DNA of 64,000 nucleotides from an uncultured Desulfatitalea sp. (GTDB lineage: Bacteria > Desulfobacterota > Desulfobacteria > Desulfobacterales > Desulfosarcinaceae), in contig CAXXMB010000002.1 of NCBI GenBank assembly GCA_963668675.2, forward strand, positions 1,312,001 through 1,376,000, given 5' to 3'. A program made the translations under genes and the position numbers. This document shows positions 61,790 through 64,000 of the stretch, piece after piece. The first letter of the stretch is position 1; each line of letters begins with the position of its first letter. The notes under the pieces were generated by a model, which had not been told where the DNA came from, ran no database searches, and saw only the letters and a program-made list of their open reading frames with translations.

Positions 61790-61865
61790 TGGCAGGCCAG
61801 GAGGGACTCGAACCCCCAACACCCGGATTTGGAGTCCGGTGCTCTACCATTAGAGCTACTGGCCT
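61790..61865 (-). tRNA. trnW: tRNA-Trp (CCA)
   Basis: Reverse complement AGGCCAGTAGCTCTAATGGTAGAGCACCGGACTCCAAATCCGGGTGTTGGGGGTTCGAGTCCCTCCTGGCCTGCCA; 76 nt, anticodon CCA, encoded 3' CCA. Confidence 0.97.
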
Positions 61866-61980
61866 GTAGGTTGCAAAGGCCACCTCATAACAGCAGCCAG
61901 AGAATTTATCAAGGCTATGTTCGAACTAAAGAAAAAACAGCAGTAATCCCAATATCCCCCTCAATAGTGTCCGTTGCATC

Positions 61981-62460
61981 TCACCCTCCTTTCGGGTCTT
62001 CTTCATCCAGCATAAGCTCCATGACCTGCCGCTCCAGGCCGCCTGGCAATATGCCGTTAATAACGGCTTCCACGACGATCACACCGGATTCGTTCGTAAA
62101 AACTGCCTCGGCTTTGGCACGACCACTTTCGTCGATATCGCTAATCGTGAAATCACACCTGACGGTGTCACCGAAGTACACTGGTTTCTTGAACCTGAAA
62201 TCCATCCCAGAGGCCAACCAGCCGATCTGCCCCCCGATTTCGGTAATCATACCTGCAACCAGAAGACCGTGACAGATACAAGCATCCAAATTTTTGGCCT
62301 TCGCAAAACGCTCATCAAAATGAACCGGATTGTAGTCACGTGAAATCTCTGCAAAGCGGATCACTTCCTCCTCGCTGAAAGTGCGTTTGGCTGAAAAAGC
62401 GTCACCCACTTTCAACCCTTCAATAGCTTTTCTTCGAATACAGGACATCATTGGCACCAT
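61981..62460 (-). CDS. MaoC-family (R)-specific enoyl-CoA hydratase
   Basis: FAEISRDYNPVHFD..ICHGLL..FKKPVYFGD. Confidence 0.88.
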   Translation of the reverse strand: MVPMMSCIRRKAIEGLKVGDAFSAKRTFSEEEVIRFAEISRDYNPVHFDERFAKAKNLDACICHGLLVAGMITEIGGQIGWLASGMDFRFKKPVYFGDTVRCDFTISDIDESGRAKAEAVFTNESGVIVVEAVINGILPGGLERQVMELMLDEEDPKGG

Positions 62461-62480
62461 CTTTTTTGTAAACCATCTCT

Positions 62481-62615
62481 TGATGCGCTCGTAAAAAGTA
62501 ACTCATACGTCATGCCGGACTTGATCCGGCATCCAGAAGCCATTGAAAAGACTGGATTCTGGCCTTCGCCGGAATGACGGGAAAAGCACTTTTGGGACTT
62601 TTTACGAGCTCATCA
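62481..62615. mobile_element. MITE-like element: 19-bp TIRs, 5-bp target duplication (TCTCT), internal REP-like palindrome pair
   Basis: tgatgcgctcgtaaaaagt / actttttacgagctcatca (18/19); TCTCT at 62476-62480 and 62616-62620. Confidence 0.75.
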
Positions 62616-62905
62616 TCTCTTTACTGACAAAACTTCTCAATAACAGATAATCGCTATTAGAACCTATCTCAAAAAAGGGATTTGGTTCAAGATCCCGGTA
62701 CCAATATCCTTTTCTTAACTATAGGGGAGGACTGATACAGGCAATGCAACTGTACACAGGCTCAAACAGTTGCATACGAAGTTCATTTGGCAACAGCATC
62801 AGATTTTTCTACTTGGTCAAGCAGAGTTAGTCTATTTAGTCAACAAGGCCCCGTACCGCCCACCGGCGTATGGAACTCAAACCACCGTCAACTCCTGATA
62901 TCACA

Positions 62906-64000
62906 TCAACGCCCCTCCAAATACCGCTTAAGATACCGCGCCGTATGCGACCGCGCCGTCTTTCCCAGCATCTCTCGCGGCGACCCCACCGCCACGACCT
63001 TACCCCCGGCCGCCCCGCCCTCAGGCCCCAGATCCACCAGGTAGTCGGCCGCCTTGATCATCTCCATGTTGTGCTCGATGGTCACCACCGTGTGGCCTTG
63101 ATCGACCAGCCCCTGAAGCACATCGATCAGCAGATGCACATCTGCCAAGTGGAGACCGGTGGTAGGCTCATCCAGAATGTAGAGTGTAGGGCCGTTGGAG
63201 CGCTGGGCCATCTCCCTGGCCAGCTTGATGCGCTGAGCCTCGCCGCCGGACAGGGTTGGGCTCGGCTGGCCGAGCTGCAGATACCCCAGCCCGATGTCGC
63301 ACACGAACTGTACCGCCTGGCGAATGCGCGGAATGGCCGAGAAGAACTGCAACGCCTCGGCAAAGGTCATGCGCAGGACATCGGCCATGGTTTGTCCCTT
63401 GTAGCGCACCGCCAGGGTCTCGGAATTGTAGCGTGCCCCACGGCACACCTCGCACGGCACATAGACATCGGGTAGAAAAGCCATCTCCACCTTTGGGCGC
63501 CCCTGGCCTTTGCAGGCCGGGCAGCGGCCGGCCTCTACATTGAACGAGAAGCGGGAGGCCGAATATCCCCTGGTACGCGCTTCGGGCACCTGCGCAAACA
63601 GATTACGAATGTCGGTCAGAAACCCCACATAGGAGGCCGGCACCGAGCGGGGCGTGCGACCAATAGGTGTATGATCCACCTCAAGCACCCGGGTCAACGC
63701 TTTCCAACCGCTGATATCTTTACAGGTGTCATCCAATCTCTTTTTTCTTCTCAACCGCTGGTACAGCCCTTTGTACAGGGTGGTTTTAATCAGACTGGAC
63801 TTGCCCGAACCGCTCACACCCGTAATGCAGATCAGGCGGTTGAGGGGCAGACGCACATCGATACGCTTCAGGTTGTTGGCCGATGCGCCAACGATCTTCA
63901 TGGCCGGACCTCGACGGCAGGGGCGCATCCGGCTAGTGAGCTCGGATGAGCCCGCCCCCATCACCGCACCGGTGATGGAGGTGGGCACCCGCCGCAGATC
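62906..64000 (-). CDS. uvrA: Excinuclease ABC subunit A (UvrA family), 3' part; gene starts outside the window
   Basis: ITGVSGSGKSS, PIGRTPRS, FSFN..GRCPAC..CEVC zinc finger, LSGGEAQRIKLA, LDEPTTGLH. Confidence 0.9.
   Translation of the reverse strand, partial: DLRRVPTSITGAVMGAGSSELTSRMRPCRRGPAMKIVGASANNLKRIDVRLPLNRLICITGVSGSGKSSLIKTTLYKGLYQRLRRKKRLDDTCKDISGWKALTRVLEVDHTPIGRTPRSVPASYVGFLTDIRNLFAQVPEARTRGYSASRFSFNVEAGRCPACKGQGRPKVEMAFLPDVYVPCEVCRGARYNSETLAVRYKGQTMADVLRMTFAEALQFFSAIPRIRQAVQFVCDIGLGYLQLGQPSPTLSGGEAQRIKLAREMAQRSNGPTLYILDEPTTGLHLADVHLLIDVLQGLVDQGHTVVTIEHNMEMIKAADYLVDLGPEGGAAGGKVVAVGSPREMLGKTARSHTARYLKRYLEGR

Noticed and set aside
61650..61800. Genomic island integrated at tRNA-Trp
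   Set aside because: No integrase and no duplicated tRNA 3' end noticed in the window.
61766..62272. 168-aa ORF on the + strand
   Set aside because: Antisense to tRNA-Trp and the MaoC gene; spurious.

Overview
Mostly core chromosome of a GC-rich deltaproteobacterium, probably Desulfobacterales/Desulfosarcinaceae-like (inferred from gene content and style). It holds an octaheme tetrathionate-reductase (OTR)-family cytochrome c and cytochrome b with a divergent rhodanese, an aceK-aceB-aceA glyoxylate-shunt cluster, leuB, trpB2, pcm, serS-thrC, a type IV pilus block (LysM protein, PilF-like TPR, pilMNOPQ, downstream lipoprotein), several two-component systems, recN, a degenerate DEDDh/GIY-YIG nuclease, a 1350-aa membrane protein, tRNA-Trp and the 3' part of uvrA. 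Two signals stand out. (1) The OTR gene is split in the ORF track by an in-frame TGA (1310-1312) exactly at the family's conserved NNFC cysteine and is followed by a SECIS-like hairpin, which points to a selenocysteine-containing octaheme cytochrome. (2) Three dispersed ~200-bp intergenic elements (10572, 47260, 56460) share a conserved 124-nt folded core and have perfect 34-bp terminal inverted repeats. A 22-nt segment of each repeat is copy-specific yet perfectly mirrored within the copy, an unexplained ssDNA/RNA hairpin family. All calls come from reading the sequence; no searches were run.
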